From: Nitrospira sp.
Lineage (GTDB): Bacteria > Nitrospirota > Nitrospiria > Nitrospirales > Nitrospiraceae
Assembly: GCA_035495295.1 (NCBI GenBank)
Contig: DATJGE010000103.1
Coordinates: forward strand, 8,468-72,467
DNA length: 64,000 bases
Direction of reading: 5' to 3'
Positions 32,101 through 42,014 of the stretch are shown here, in pieces (position 1 is the stretch's first letter; every line of letters starts with the position of its first letter). The notes beneath the pieces are model-generated. The model did not search any database and was not told the origin of the DNA. It saw nothing but the letters and a program-made list of their open reading frames with translations. The translations under genes and the position numbers were made by a program.

Positions 32101-34104
32101 TCAGCAACAGCCCGTACCGTTGGGCAGTCGGAAGCCGTCGTGCTCCTGCGCGACCGTCGCATGCACACCTCGAGGGGTCCCTCCGCCGGCCATGACGACG
32201 ATTTCCGTGCTGGTGAAGGGGCGCTTTTGAATCAGATATCCGTACCATTGCCTGAGACTGTCGATGAGCACGACCAATCCGAGTATGGCGACCATGACCA
32301 CCAACCCTGCGTCGAAGTACAAGGCAAGCGCGCCACCCGCGGTTAACGTCGCTGCTGTGGATACGAACAGCTCAAACATCTCGTACGCGCCAATTAGCGT
32401 AATCACTCCCACGAACAGCATGGGCAACGCAGTGATCCACAGATAGTGTGACTTCCTCATCTTGATCAGCACCGTCGTGCCGATGCATAACGCCAGCATC
32501 CCCAACAACTGATTCGCGGCGCCGAACATCGGCCAAATGGTCGAAATGCTGCCGGTGGCAATGAGACCGGCCCAACCTCCGACGACAACGCCGCTTGCCA
32601 TGAACACGCCGGGCAGCCAGTTTAATCGCTGAAGCGACGGAGCGATACGGCCCCCCATCTCTTGAATGAGGTAGCGCGCGACTCTCGTTCCGGTGTCAAT
32701 TGTCGTGAGAATGAACAGGGCCTCGAACAACAGCGCAAACTGGTACCAATAGGCCATAAGACCGGCCATTCCCGGCAATCCCGAAAAGATGGAAGCCATC
32801 CCGACCGCCAAAGACACGGCACCGCCCGGCCGTCCCGAGACATCGACCTCAACCAATTTCGATAGCTCGGCAATGCGCTGAGGCGGGAATCCCATGCCCG
32901 CGAGCGCATCAGATGAAAGCGTCGTATTGATGGAAAAATAGTCGCCGGGCAGCAGCACCGCAGCGGCAATCAACGCCATCACCCCGACGAAACTTTCAAG
33001 CAGCATGGCTCCATAACCCACCAACGCTTGTGATTCTTGCTCGATCATCTTGGGCGTCGTTCCGGATGACACTAACGCATGGAAACCCGACACGGCGCCA
33101 CAGGCAATGGTGATAAACAGAAATGGAAACACGGTTCCCGGTATGATCGGCCCGCCTCCATCGGTAAACGGCGTCAGGCGCGGCATCTCCAGCGTCGGGG
33201 CCAACACAATCACGCCCACGCCCAGAAGCAACACAACGCCCAGCTTCATGAACGTGGACAGGTATCCTCGCGGCACCAAGAGCATCCAGCCCGGCAACAC
33301 CGAAGCCACAAATCCATAACCGGCCAGCAGCCATACCAACGTCGGTTTGTCATATTCGAACCAGGAGGCGAACGAGGATTGGGCTACAGCTCGCCCCAAT
33401 AACACCGCCAGAATGAGCAAGGCGACGCCCAGGAGCGAAACTTCCGCGACCGCTCCTGGCCGAAATCGCTGGAGATAGAAACCCATGAGAAACCCGATAG
33501 GGATCGTCATGGCAATCGTGAACGTCCCCCACGCATTGTAGTACAGCGCATTGACCACGGCGGATCCGAGGCCAGCCAGCGCGACGACAACGATGAAGAG
33601 AACAGCCAACGCCGTCGCCGTTCCCGTCACCAGACCGAGTTCATCGCGGGCAATTTGGGGAAGCGATCGTCCGTTACGCCGCATCGAGGCGGCGAGGATG
33701 ATGAAATCCTGCACCGCTCCGGCCAATACGGCTCCAATTACCAGCCAGAGAAACCCCGGAAGAAAGCCGAATTGCGCTGCCAGCACGGGTCCCAGCAGGG
33801 GACCGGCCCCTGCGATGGCGGCGAAGTGGTGGCCAAAGAGGACGATGCTGTTCGTAGGATGGAAATTCACGCCGTCGTTTAACCGAACGGCTGGAGTGAC
33901 TCGCTGATTGTTGAGTTCTATGACCTTCGAGGCGATCCATCGCCCGTAAAAACGATAGCCCAGCACATAAAGGCAAGCAGCGGCGACTACGAGCCAGAGA
34001 CCATTCACCTTTTCCTGTGGAGAGACCAGTCCGGTGACAATGGCAAGGGCAGCGGCACCCAATAGCGCTATGACCGCCCAGAACACGAGTGTGAGCCTCG
34101 ACAT
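32101..34104 (-). CDS. cstA: carbon starvation protein A family transporter
   Basis: FGHHFAAIAGAGP, IACGAVSGFH and WPMFGAANQ motifs. Confidence 0.95.
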   Translation of the reverse strand: MSRLTLVFWAVIALLGAAALAIVTGLVSPQEKVNGLWLVVAAACLYVLGYRFYGRWIASKVIELNNQRVTPAVRLNDGVNFHPTNSIVLFGHHFAAIAGAGPLLGPVLAAQFGFLPGFLWLVIGAVLAGAVQDFIILAASMRRNGRSLPQIARDELGLVTGTATALAVLFIVVVALAGLGSAVVNALYYNAWGTFTIAMTIPIGFLMGFYLQRFRPGAVAEVSLLGVALLILAVLLGRAVAQSSFASWFEYDKPTLVWLLAGYGFVASVLPGWMLLVPRGYLSTFMKLGVVLLLGVGVIVLAPTLEMPRLTPFTDGGGPIIPGTVFPFLFITIACGAVSGFHALVSSGTTPKMIEQESQALVGYGAMLLESFVGVMALIAAAVLLPGDYFSINTTLSSDALAGMGFPPQRIAELSKLVEVDVSGRPGGAVSLAVGMASIFSGLPGMAGLMAYWYQFALLFEALFILTTIDTGTRVARYLIQEMGGRIAPSLQRLNWLPGVFMASGVVVGGWAGLIATGSISTIWPMFGAANQLLGMLALCIGTTVLIKMRKSHYLWITALPMLFVGVITLIGAYEMFELFVSTAATLTAGGALALYFDAGLVVMVAILGLVVLIDSLRQWYGYLIQKRPFTSTEIVVMAGGGTPRGVHATVAQEHDGFRLPNGTGCC

Positions 34105-34264
34105 GTCGGCATCCTAGCACAAGGGTACGCCGTGCGGCGTCTGACAACATCTGAACTATTATCGATGGTGTGAGCCGCGGGGTCGGACATTCGAGGCACT
34201 GTGTGAGTGGATGCCTCGCTCGGCTCGATGGAGCGGCCGGCGAGGCGTTCACTCAGCCTGAGAC

Positions 34265-34699
34265 TTAGCCTTCGATGACGATGCGTCGGGGCTTGGCTTC
34301 TTCCCGTTTCGGGAATGCAATCGTCAGCAGGCCGTTCTTGTAGTTGGCCGAAGCTTTGTCATGATCAACCGTCGGCGGGAGTTTGAACATCCGCACGAAT
34401 CGACCATCGGCAATTTCGCGCAGAAGGTGGTTCCGTGAACCATTCGCCGTATCCGTCTTCGCTCCTTTAACGGACAGCATCTGGTTGTTGACCTCCAAGG
34501 CCACGTCCTTTGGCTCCCAGCCGGGCAATGCCATTTGTAGGTAGAAACCGTTGGAATCCTCCCACGCATTGCAGGCGGGAACCCAGGTTCCATCGGAGGT
34601 CCCGAAGGCACGCACCGCTTCGTCAAATATTCGATCGATCTGTCCGTCAAACGTATCGGGCCGCACGGTCGAAAACGCTGCTGGCAGATAGGTGCTCAT
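34265..34699 (-). CDS. small heat shock protein (Hsp20)
   Basis: Alpha-crystallin motif ANYKNGLLTI and C-terminal IxI; strong RBS. Confidence 0.92.
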   Translation of the reverse strand: MSTYLPAAFSTVRPDTFDGQIDRIFDEAVRAFGTSDGTWVPACNAWEDSNGFYLQMALPGWEPKDVALEVNNQMLSVKGAKTDTANGSRNHLLREIADGRFVRMFKLPPTVDHDKASANYKNGLLTIAFPKREEAKPRRIVIEG

Positions 34700-35060
34700 A
34701 ACTATTCCTCCTCCTCTCCCCGAGAGGTCAGGTTAGGGGTGAAAGGGTGATTTGGGTGGAACGCAGGCGAAATCACCGGGTAGGAACTCGACACCTTGTC
34801 GCACCTCGGTGAATCCTGGTTCATCCGAACGCACGACAGATAATTTCCGCGAAGGACAAGTCAAGTCGGGTACCGCACACCGCACGCGCCCCACTCCCTC
34901 CAACGAGGGAGGAAATTCTTGGCAAAAAGGGGGCAGATTTCCGTCCGTTTTTCACTCCCTCCTCCGGGTCAATGACTTGATCGAACCGGCCAGACGTCTT
35001 TCAGGATCGAACGGGCCCGACATCAAACACTTGCAGCCCCCCTTCTTTGTAGGTATTCCT

Positions 35061-35077
35061 CTGGCCTTCGCATTGCA
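35061..35077 (+). promoter_or_regulatory. putative sigma54 (-24/-12) promoter
   Basis: CTGGCCTTCGCATTGCA, which is GG-N10-GC with TGGC/TTGCA context. Confidence 0.55.
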
Positions 35078-35119
35078 GAAGAGGAGCGCATGCTCGACAA
35101 GCTGAAAGGGAGATGCGCC

Positions 35120-35230
35120 ATGTCGCCTTTGATGTTGATGCTGCTTTTTACCCTTGTGCCATTTCCCGTTCTCGCCATTGCGATTGTCGCCGACCGCTGG
35201 CTGAAGTCGGCTCCGAAGGCAACCTCCTGA
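35120..35230 (+). CDS. putative 36-aa single-TM small protein
   Basis: MSPLMLMLLFTLVPFPVLAIAIVADRWLKSAPKATS with a GGGAGA RBS; below the ORF-track cutoff. Confidence 0.5.
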   Translation: MSPLMLMLLFTLVPFPVLAIAIVADRWLKSAPKATS

Positions 35231-35272
35231 GGGCGACAGAGAACCTGCTGCATGTTGCCGACGGATGGACCA

Positions 35273-35596
35273 ATGACGACTCAACGCCGACAATTCCGGA
35301 TGCCGGTCTCACGGTGCGGTCTGGTGACCAAGGACCACACAACGACGCTCTGCGAACTCGTGGATATCACGGAAGAGGGTGTGCATTTCTCAACAGACTT
35401 GTCCCTCTCGCCAGCTGAGACGGTCGGCATCGAGTGCCAGCTCGATGCGGATTGCATTATTCACTGCCAGCTGCTCATCACGCACGCCCAGCCGCCGCGC
35501 TTCGGCGGGCGAATTACGCATCTGCTTCCCGAACACCGGCAACAGTTGGCATTCTTCATTCAGCGCCTCATCACCTCGAGCATGGCAGGGTTGTAG
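35273..35596 (+). CDS. stand-alone PilZ domain protein
   Basis: RRQFR and DITEEG motifs. Confidence 0.75.
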   Translation: MTTQRRQFRMPVSRCGLVTKDHTTTLCELVDITEEGVHFSTDLSLSPAETVGIECQLDADCIIHCQLLITHAQPPRFGGRITHLLPEHRQQLAFFIQRLITSSMAGL

Positions 35597-35598
35597 CA

Positions 35599-36567
35599 AT
35601 GTCTTCGACTTCGGACAGGGAGAAGAGCAAAGAATCCTCCTCGCAAGTCGTGCCAGTCCTCTGCCTCCTTGGCGTCGTGGCGCTCCTCAGTCTGATCACC
35701 CCCACGATGAAATATGTGCTTCAGCACAGCAGCCTGACCTTTCTCTCGATCGCCAGTGGACGAATCGTCATCGGCTTTTTGTTCCTCGCCGCCGTCACGG
35801 CCTGCCTCGATTGGAAAGGGCTCCGCTCGCTCAGCCTTGCAGACGGTGCGCGGTTCGGCGTTCTCGGCCTCCTCGGCGTCGGCTCGTATGTTGTCGCTGC
35901 GTACGGGCTGTTGTATAGCAACGTCACCCACTATACGTTGATCTACAGTCTGCTGCCCACGTTTACTGCCTTTTTTAGCTGGTGTCTTGCCAAGGATCGT
36001 TTGACAAGTTCCAGCATGACCGGCATCGCTCTCTCATGGACCGGCTGTCTGCTTGCATTGAGTCCGAACCTGGGAACCGGAACCATTGAATTTGATTTCG
36101 GGGATCCGCTCGTCCTTCTGTTCACTTGCATGATGGCCGCCCATATCGTGCTCAGCATGTCGATCGTCAGGCATCACGGCGTCCTCACCGCAAACACCGC
36201 CATGTTCGGCATTACGGCGGTGTTCATATCGGGCTGCACGGTCGCCTGGGGAGAGGCGGCACCGACAGCGGAGCTTTCTTGGACTGTCTGGGTCGCAGTG
36301 CTCTTCGTCGGATTGGGGACCGCCAGTGTCTTCCTCCTGCGCTGCCGGTCCCTCCAATCCCTGACGCCAGCGACGGTCGGCGCCTATCACAATTTCATTC
36401 CGATCTGCACGATCGCCATTGCCCATTTGTCCCTCGGTGAGCCTCTCAGCGCACAAACGATCACCGGGGCGCTCGCCGTCTTCCTCGGCACGGAGCTCGT
36501 GCGGCGCAGGCCGGCGTGGTGGATGCCGTCAATACTGCTGAGATCGTTGGGCTGGCGCGCGCAGTAG
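35599..36567 (+). CDS. DMT/EamA family transporter
   Basis: About 10 TM helices in two EamA repeats, GD..L and LGEP motifs; ATG 35599 directly follows the PilZ stop. Confidence 0.85.
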   Translation: MSSTSDREKSKESSSQVVPVLCLLGVVALLSLITPTMKYVLQHSSLTFLSIASGRIVIGFLFLAAVTACLDWKGLRSLSLADGARFGVLGLLGVGSYVVAAYGLLYSNVTHYTLIYSLLPTFTAFFSWCLAKDRLTSSSMTGIALSWTGCLLALSPNLGTGTIEFDFGDPLVLLFTCMMAAHIVLSMSIVRHHGVLTANTAMFGITAVFISGCTVAWGEAAPTAELSWTVWVAVLFVGLGTASVFLLRCRSLQSLTPATVGAYHNFIPICTIAIAHLSLGEPLSAQTITGALAVFLGTELVRRRPAWWMPSILLRSLGWRAQ

Positions 36568-36675
36568 CAAGGTTTCTAAGCGCGTCGCAAGCTGGCGGCA
36601 GAACACCGGCAGGCGAGTCTTTAGCCCCTCGAAGGAGGGATACATCTGAAGACGGTTGCCATTTACACTGGCGGC

Positions 36676-37041
36676 ATGGATGAGATTAAGCCATACCACC
36701 GAGGCCTGTACCGCCTTTCCGTAACGTATCCTGCCATGTATTGTATGGAATCGACGGTTGGAGAGGGATCCATCACTAACTTGTCCGCCATGGGATGCTC
36801 GATTCAAACCGATGAGCCGCTCTCCACGAACCAGCAGCTGGCGCTTCGTCTGCTGCTTCCCGATAAACCCGACTCGTTGCCGATTCAAACGGCGGCGGTT
36901 AAATGGGTCCGCGGCACGCGTGCCGGAGTGGAGTTCGTGCAGGTCGAGCGCGAAGCGAATCTCCGTCTCCATTCGTTCGTCTGGGACAAGATGATCGAAC
37001 GGATTCAGCTTCTTCAGCAACAACGCGCCGCTTCACATTAG
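36676..37041 (+). CDS. stand-alone PilZ domain protein
   Basis: RGLYR, NLSAMG and AVKWV...GVEF. Confidence 0.85.
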   Translation: MDEIKPYHRGLYRLSVTYPAMYCMESTVGEGSITNLSAMGCSIQTDEPLSTNQQLALRLLLPDKPDSLPIQTAAVKWVRGTRAGVEFVQVEREANLRLHSFVWDKMIERIQLLQQQRAASH

Positions 37042-38031
37042 TTCTTGCCGACTACGGTCCTGAGCTTTCCCTATGCCGGCCAAACAGATAAGTCCGATGC
37101 CGATCCAGATCAATTCACGGAAACGCCGTAAAAGGGCGAATGTAATTCCTGCGACGTCTGAGTAACCGAAGGCTTTCAATAACAGGAGGTTGCCTCCGTC
37201 TTGCGCGCCGAGGCTTCCCGGGATAAAAAACGTCCCTCCTTTGATGAATACCGACAACGCTCCGATAGACACCGCGGACAGCGGCTCCGCCGGTCCTCCC
37301 AGAAAAAAGAGAATCACATACACCTCCACCGCTTCTGCCAGCCATCCCAAAAGGTAGAGGCCGGTCGACGCATAAAAGGCCGATCGATGGTGCGTATAAA
37401 AATTAAGAATGATCTCGTCCAGAGACCGCAATTTCTCTTCGCGCGATTCCAAAAAGGCAACATGCAGCCGGCCTCTCCTCAGAGTTTGAAGGGTCCACAT
37501 GAAGAGCCCGCGTTTTTGCACGAAGATAAAAGCGGCGACGCCAAAAAACAGCAAGGCCGTTGTCATGAGCCCCGCTGCGGCGATTTGACCGGAGGATCCC
37601 GCAGAACCCAGCATCCAAAACGCCAATGTGATACCGATGAGGATGAAGAGCACCTGGGCGAGCGTCATGATCGTTTTGGCAATGACGACTGAGGCGAGGC
37701 CCTCGACAAGGGGAATCCCGTGTCGTTGAAGCAGATAAGCCTTGAGCGGCTCACCGCCGACATACGCGGTCGGCGTCGTCATATTGACGACTTCGCCGGC
37801 CGTCCGGATTGCCAAGATCTTCCAAAATGCAATCCCGTCGGCGGCCGACCCGAGGGTGAGCCTCCAGCCATAGGCCTCGAACACATACATCGCCAAAGAA
37901 GGGATCAACATGACCAGCAGCGCACCCGGTCCAAACCGGGCGGCCGCTTCGTAAATTCTCTCGGGACCAATGTGCCAAACGAGGAGACCGAGGGTAAGAA
38001 CACCGACAGCCAATAGCAGGTAGCGCCACAC
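37033..38031 (-). CDS. flippase-like membrane protein (lysylphosphatidylglycerol synthase TM / UPF0104); start uncertain
   Basis: TPTAYVGGEPLK, IPGSLGAQDGG and LLRRFRE motifs; multi-TM. Confidence 0.85.
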   Translation of the reverse strand: MWRYLLLAVGVLTLGLLVWHIGPERIYEAAARFGPGALLVMLIPSLAMYVFEAYGWRLTLGSAADGIAFWKILAIRTAGEVVNMTTPTAYVGGEPLKAYLLQRHGIPLVEGLASVVIAKTIMTLAQVLFILIGITLAFWMLGSAGSSGQIAAAGLMTTALLFFGVAAFIFVQKRGLFMWTLQTLRRGRLHVAFLESREEKLRSLDEIILNFYTHHRSAFYASTGLYLLGWLAEAVEVYVILFFLGGPAEPLSAVSIGALSVFIKGGTFFIPGSLGAQDGGNLLLLKAFGYSDVAGITFALLRRFRELIWIGIGLICLAGIGKAQDRSRQELM

Positions 38032-38211
38032 GCTAAAAGGGAAATACCGGTAGGAGCCTGTCCCCTCGCGCCACGACTGACCTGCGCGTCCTTCGTTCCG
38101 GCTGCCGGGGAAGCGGCGTCTTCCGCGACTCGGCAGTCCTCTCACGGCGTTCAAGCCGGCTGCCGGTCGAGCGTCCTGGAGTCTGAATTCCCATGCGTGT
38201 TCTCGAACACA

Positions 38212-39564
38212 TCAGGCCGAGGATCTCATTCTGACGGCAGCCGGCCTGACGACCCAGACCATGGCGCCTGCGAATGCCATCGAACCAATGGCGGCGAGCC
38301 AAAGAAACAGTTCCAGTTTTGCAAAGACCGCAAAGAGCAACACGACCACTGAGAAATCACGGCTGGCCACATTCTTGAGCATGAAATCGGACCACGACGC
38401 GTGTAGAGGCGTTTTCCATTCACTGGCCGCTTGAATTTTCTTGGCGCGATTCACCAGTGAAAACGAAAGCGCGTTGCCGAAAATGGCGCTGGCTCCGAGC
38501 GCAAGCGGAATCCAGCCGTCATCCGTACCGGCAGCCTTCGCGGCTCCCACAGCGATTCCGCCGAAAATCGCCATGTGCACGACATTATCCAGCGCAATGT
38601 CCAACCAGGCTCCAAACGCAGATTCCGTAAACGTGAGCCGGGCCACTTCGCCGTCGCTGCAGTCGAGGACCGCAGCGCACTGGAACAGCAAGGCGGCACC
38701 GACGCCGGCAGCGTAGCTTCCCATTGCAAATCCGGCCGCCGCAAGGAGGCCGACCACCGTAGCCAAGATGGTGATGGCGTTGGGGGACCAGCCCAAGGCC
38801 AAAAACACGCGCGTGCACCACTGAGACAACGCGCGATTGAAGTACCGATCAACAAAACCTTCGAATTCCCCTTTCAAAGACGAATACAGTCGTCTTTCCG
38901 CCTCACGCACATCGGCCTGCACATGCACTGGTTGATACCACTGTGATCGATCGTCACGTTCCGAGGGCAGCACGAGGAGACGGCCGTCCGCCGCAGCGCG
39001 CTCCAACCAACGCCCAATCGGCACTGCATCGCATTCGGCGGCCAATTTCCCTGCGGCGGCCAGTTCCGAGGCTGGCATCACGATGACGTCGGCAATGCCG
39101 ACGTTTCCGCCAAGTCTCTCGACGACGCCAGGTCCGACCACGATCGCCTGCCCGGAGCGGACATCCCGCCGCAATTCTTCAATCAGCGAAAGGGAGAATA
39201 TCGTCGAGACCCCTGACAACAAGCAGAATCCTCGAATCTCAGCCGCCAACGCCTCCCAGGTGCTGATATCATCCAAAGGAAATTCCCGAATCGGCATCCA
39301 TCGGACCGGGATTGTCACCTTCGGCCCTTTGAGCAGCGACTGCTTCAATTGGTCTTCTTCCGGGCCTGAAAGGACGATGAGCTGCCGTATTCCGGCACGC
39401 TGGAGGGTCAACACCGTCCGCTGAAACAGACTGACGCCGACGATCGGAGTCAGCGGACCGGTCCCCTTACGCGGGGAACCGTCGAACAGGTCAATCGAAG
39501 GAAACAAGACGGCTGTCCAAAGCCCTTGTACCTCTGTTCCCTTATCCAACGTCGGATCTTTCAT
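38212..39564 (-). CDS. CDP-alcohol phosphotransferase with degenerate N-terminal nucleotidyltransferase-like domain
   Basis: DCSDGEVARLTFTESAFGAWLDIALD signature, SPNAIT; N-terminal GVSLFQRTVLTLQRAGIRQLIV. Confidence 0.88.
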   Translation of the reverse strand: MKDPTLDKGTEVQGLWTAVLFPSIDLFDGSPRKGTGPLTPIVGVSLFQRTVLTLQRAGIRQLIVLSGPEEDQLKQSLLKGPKVTIPVRWMPIREFPLDDISTWEALAAEIRGFCLLSGVSTIFSLSLIEELRRDVRSGQAIVVGPGVVERLGGNVGIADVIVMPASELAAAGKLAAECDAVPIGRWLERAAADGRLLVLPSERDDRSQWYQPVHVQADVREAERRLYSSLKGEFEGFVDRYFNRALSQWCTRVFLALGWSPNAITILATVVGLLAAAGFAMGSYAAGVGAALLFQCAAVLDCSDGEVARLTFTESAFGAWLDIALDNVVHMAIFGGIAVGAAKAAGTDDGWIPLALGASAIFGNALSFSLVNRAKKIQAASEWKTPLHASWSDFMLKNVASRDFSVVVLLFAVFAKLELFLWLAAIGSMAFAGAMVWVVRPAAVRMRSSA

Positions 39565-39597
39565 GCTCGCGTCCACGTGTTCAAGTGACCGGCAGGT

Positions 39598-40320
39598 TTA
39601 AGAGAGCTTAGGCAAAATGTCGCGTTCCGCCTTCTCGACATCTTCTGGAAAATCGATCTCTGTCCATGGCAGCCCCCCGATGACTTCGTAGCCGACTCTG
39701 ACGTCGCGAAAAAATCCAATGAGTGCGTCTTCGTATTCCATCTGCCAGGCTTCACGATCCACGAACGCGCGAAGCGATGCCACCACGTGCGGGGTATCCT
39801 CATGACGCACTTTCAGAAAACCGACGCCTTCACCGGCGTGATCATACCGGGGAGGCATGTGCTTGGTAAGGGCAATCACGCGGCCTCCTTCGGCGACCAC
39901 CATACATTCTTCCCCTGTCTGCTTGACGGAATCATCCATCAGCAACGCATTGGGAAAGGTCGAGCGCACGAGCCGGCGCAGAATTTCATGGTGGAACAAT
40001 ACGTCGGCATCCATGATCACGACATCGTCATCCAGCGCCGTACGCGCCACCCAAAGGGAGGAGATGCTGCCGCGGTGAAAGTGTTCGTTGACGAGAAACT
40101 GGACGCGAACCCCGAACGAATTCGATTCCACCGCCCCGCGAATCATGTCCTGCTTGTACCCCACGACGATATCGGCGTGCTGAACGCCGACCTTGGCAAG
40201 AGCGGACAAATAGCGGGCCAACAGCGTCTGGCCACCGATCTCAATGAGGCACTTCGGGCGATGTTGCGTCACAGGCCAGAGACGCTTTCCGACTCCGGCG
40301 GCGAGAATGACGGCTTTCAT
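39598..40320 (-). CDS. phosphocholine/phosphonate cytidylyltransferase (LicC/PntC-like)
   Basis: ILAAGVGKRL, PKCL and WTEIDFPED motifs. Confidence 0.88.
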   Translation of the reverse strand: MKAVILAAGVGKRLWPVTQHRPKCLIEIGGQTLLARYLSALAKVGVQHADIVVGYKQDMIRGAVESNSFGVRVQFLVNEHFHRGSISSLWVARTALDDDVVIMDADVLFHHEILRRLVRSTFPNALLMDDSVKQTGEECMVVAEGGRVIALTKHMPPRYDHAGEGVGFLKVRHEDTPHVVASLRAFVDREAWQMEYEDALIGFFRDVRVGYEVIGGLPWTEIDFPEDVEKAERDILPKLS

Positions 40321-41399
40321 TAAGGCTTGCCAACCTCTTCAAAGGCATCGAGAAATTCGACGAACTGCCCTTCGGTAAGCGCGCCCATGTTCGCGATTCT
40401 GAATATTCTGTTCTCAAGATTCCCCTGGCCGGCGTAAATCACGTATCCCCGCGCTTTAAGTCGATCGTGAAGGGTCTGATACGAAAGACCGTCGGGCAAG
40501 TAATATGCGGTGATGCTGTTGGACTGCCGGTCGGGCGCAAGCAGCGGTTTGACGCCGAGTTTCGCCATTCGTTCACGAATCAACGTCGCCATCCGCTTGT
40601 AGCGCTGAATACGCTTGGCGACCCCTTCTTCGAGAAGCTCGTTCAGCGCCTCATCAAAGGCGTAGTAGATCTGGACGGCCGGCGTAAACGGCACGACGCC
40701 TCGGCCGTGATCGTCTACATAGTGCGTCAGATGCAAGTACCACGATCGCTTGGGATAGGTGCGCATTTTCTCCAAAAACCCTTTGCGCACCAGGACGAAC
40801 GAAACGCCGGGAAAGGCTTGAATACATTTGCCGGATGTCCCGGCGACCATATAAATGTTGGAGCCGGCGATATCGATAGGCTCTCCGGCTAGCGCGCTGA
40901 CGGCATCCAGAATGAACACGCGGTTCAAGCCGTCAACGACTTCAGCAATGGCTTTGCCCGGGTTGAGCAATCCGGTGGTCGTCTCATGATGGACCATGCC
41001 CACTGCATGAACTTCCGGGTGCTGCCTGAGCGCAAGGCGAAGGCGCTCGGGGTCAGGTCGCTCGGTCCACTCATGCTTGAGTTCCGAAACTCCCAATCGA
41101 TGGAGGCCGACCATCTGAGACATCCGCTCTCCGTAGACGCCGTTGTTGATGATCAAGGCCCGCTTGCCGTGAGGGAGCGAGGACATCAAGGCGGATTCTA
41201 CCGCGGCTGTCCCGGAGCCGGTGATCAGGACAGCCGTATAGTCCGATTCGGCGCCCGGCACGAATGCCTTGAGCAGCTTCGACTGGATTCCGTGCTGCAG
41301 TTCCGCAAACTCGGATTCTCGATGGCAGATGTCCGGGCGTAAGAGCGCCTGCCGTACGCGCTCTGACACATTCACCGGTCCTGGGTTCAGCAACATCAT
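40320..41399 (-). CDS. 2-aminoethylphosphonate aminotransferase (PhnW/AepZ-like, class V)
   Basis: LLNPGP, GSGTAAVE, NGVYGERM, HHETTTG, SGKCIQAFPG (PLP Lys) and PFTP motifs. Confidence 0.88.
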   Translation of the reverse strand: MMLLNPGPVNVSERVRQALLRPDICHRESEFAELQHGIQSKLLKAFVPGAESDYTAVLITGSGTAAVESALMSSLPHGKRALIINNGVYGERMSQMVGLHRLGVSELKHEWTERPDPERLRLALRQHPEVHAVGMVHHETTTGLLNPGKAIAEVVDGLNRVFILDAVSALAGEPIDIAGSNIYMVAGTSGKCIQAFPGVSFVLVRKGFLEKMRTYPKRSWYLHLTHYVDDHGRGVVPFTPAVQIYYAFDEALNELLEEGVAKRIQRYKRMATLIRERMAKLGVKPLLAPDRQSNSITAYYLPDGLSYQTLHDRLKARGYVIYAGQGNLENRIFRIANMGALTEGQFVEFLDAFEEVGKP

Positions 41400-41432
41400 A
41401 GATCGCACGCGTTTCCGGCGTCTTCCGGACGC

Positions 41433-42014
41433 CTATGACTCAATGGCTTTCATGAACCGCTTTGTGATTTCCGGCGGATCAAGCACGATCCGTCCGGCGT
41501 CTTCAGCAAACTCATTCACTTTCACCAAAACCATGCTCGGTCCATCCTTCTTGAGTATCTCTTTGAATTCATAGACCAGATCATCGCGATCCAGCACACG
41601 CTCCACATTGACGTAGCCCGCGGCTTTGGCCACCTTGTCGAGCGGAACGACGTTCGAAATCGTCGGCTGATTTCCCGTCGTGCCATAGACTTCATTGTCG
41701 AAGACGACATGAACAAAGTTTTTCGGCCTCAAGGCGCCCACCGTCGCCAAGGTGCCCATGCCCATCAAGACGTTGCCGTCGCCGTCGAACGTCACCACCT
41801 GTCTATCCGGCTTTGCGAGCGCCACGCCAAGGGCAATGGCTGAAGCATTCCCCATCGACCCGATCATGTAAAAATTCATGGGCCTGTCCGCAAGTTTTTG
41901 GACTTCACGCGATGGAAACCCGTTACAGACGATCAGAGGCTGATCGGTCAGCAACTCCAACAGCGCCGCCATCGCTTGAGCTCGGCTGATTAAGGTGCCC
42001 TGCTCAGGCCTCAT
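41433..42014 (-). CDS. phosphonopyruvate/sulfopyruvate decarboxylase-like beta subunit (TPP-binding)
   Basis: FYMIGSMG, DGDG...DN and TGNQPT motifs; ATGA overlap with the alpha subunit. Confidence 0.88.
   Translation of the reverse strand: MRPEQGTLISRAQAMAALLELLTDQPLIVCNGFPSREVQKLADRPMNFYMIGSMGNASAIALGVALAKPDRQVVTFDGDGNVLMGMGTLATVGALRPKNFVHVVFDNEVYGTTGNQPTISNVVPLDKVAKAAGYVNVERVLDRDDLVYEFKEILKKDGPSMVLVKVNEFAEDAGRIVLDPPEITKRFMKAIES

Noticed and set aside
32098-32112. CstA ending in Gly-Cys-Cys-TGA, possible selenocysteine read-through
   Set aside because: No recognisable SECIS hairpin, and read-through runs out of frame into yajQ with no meaningful sequence.
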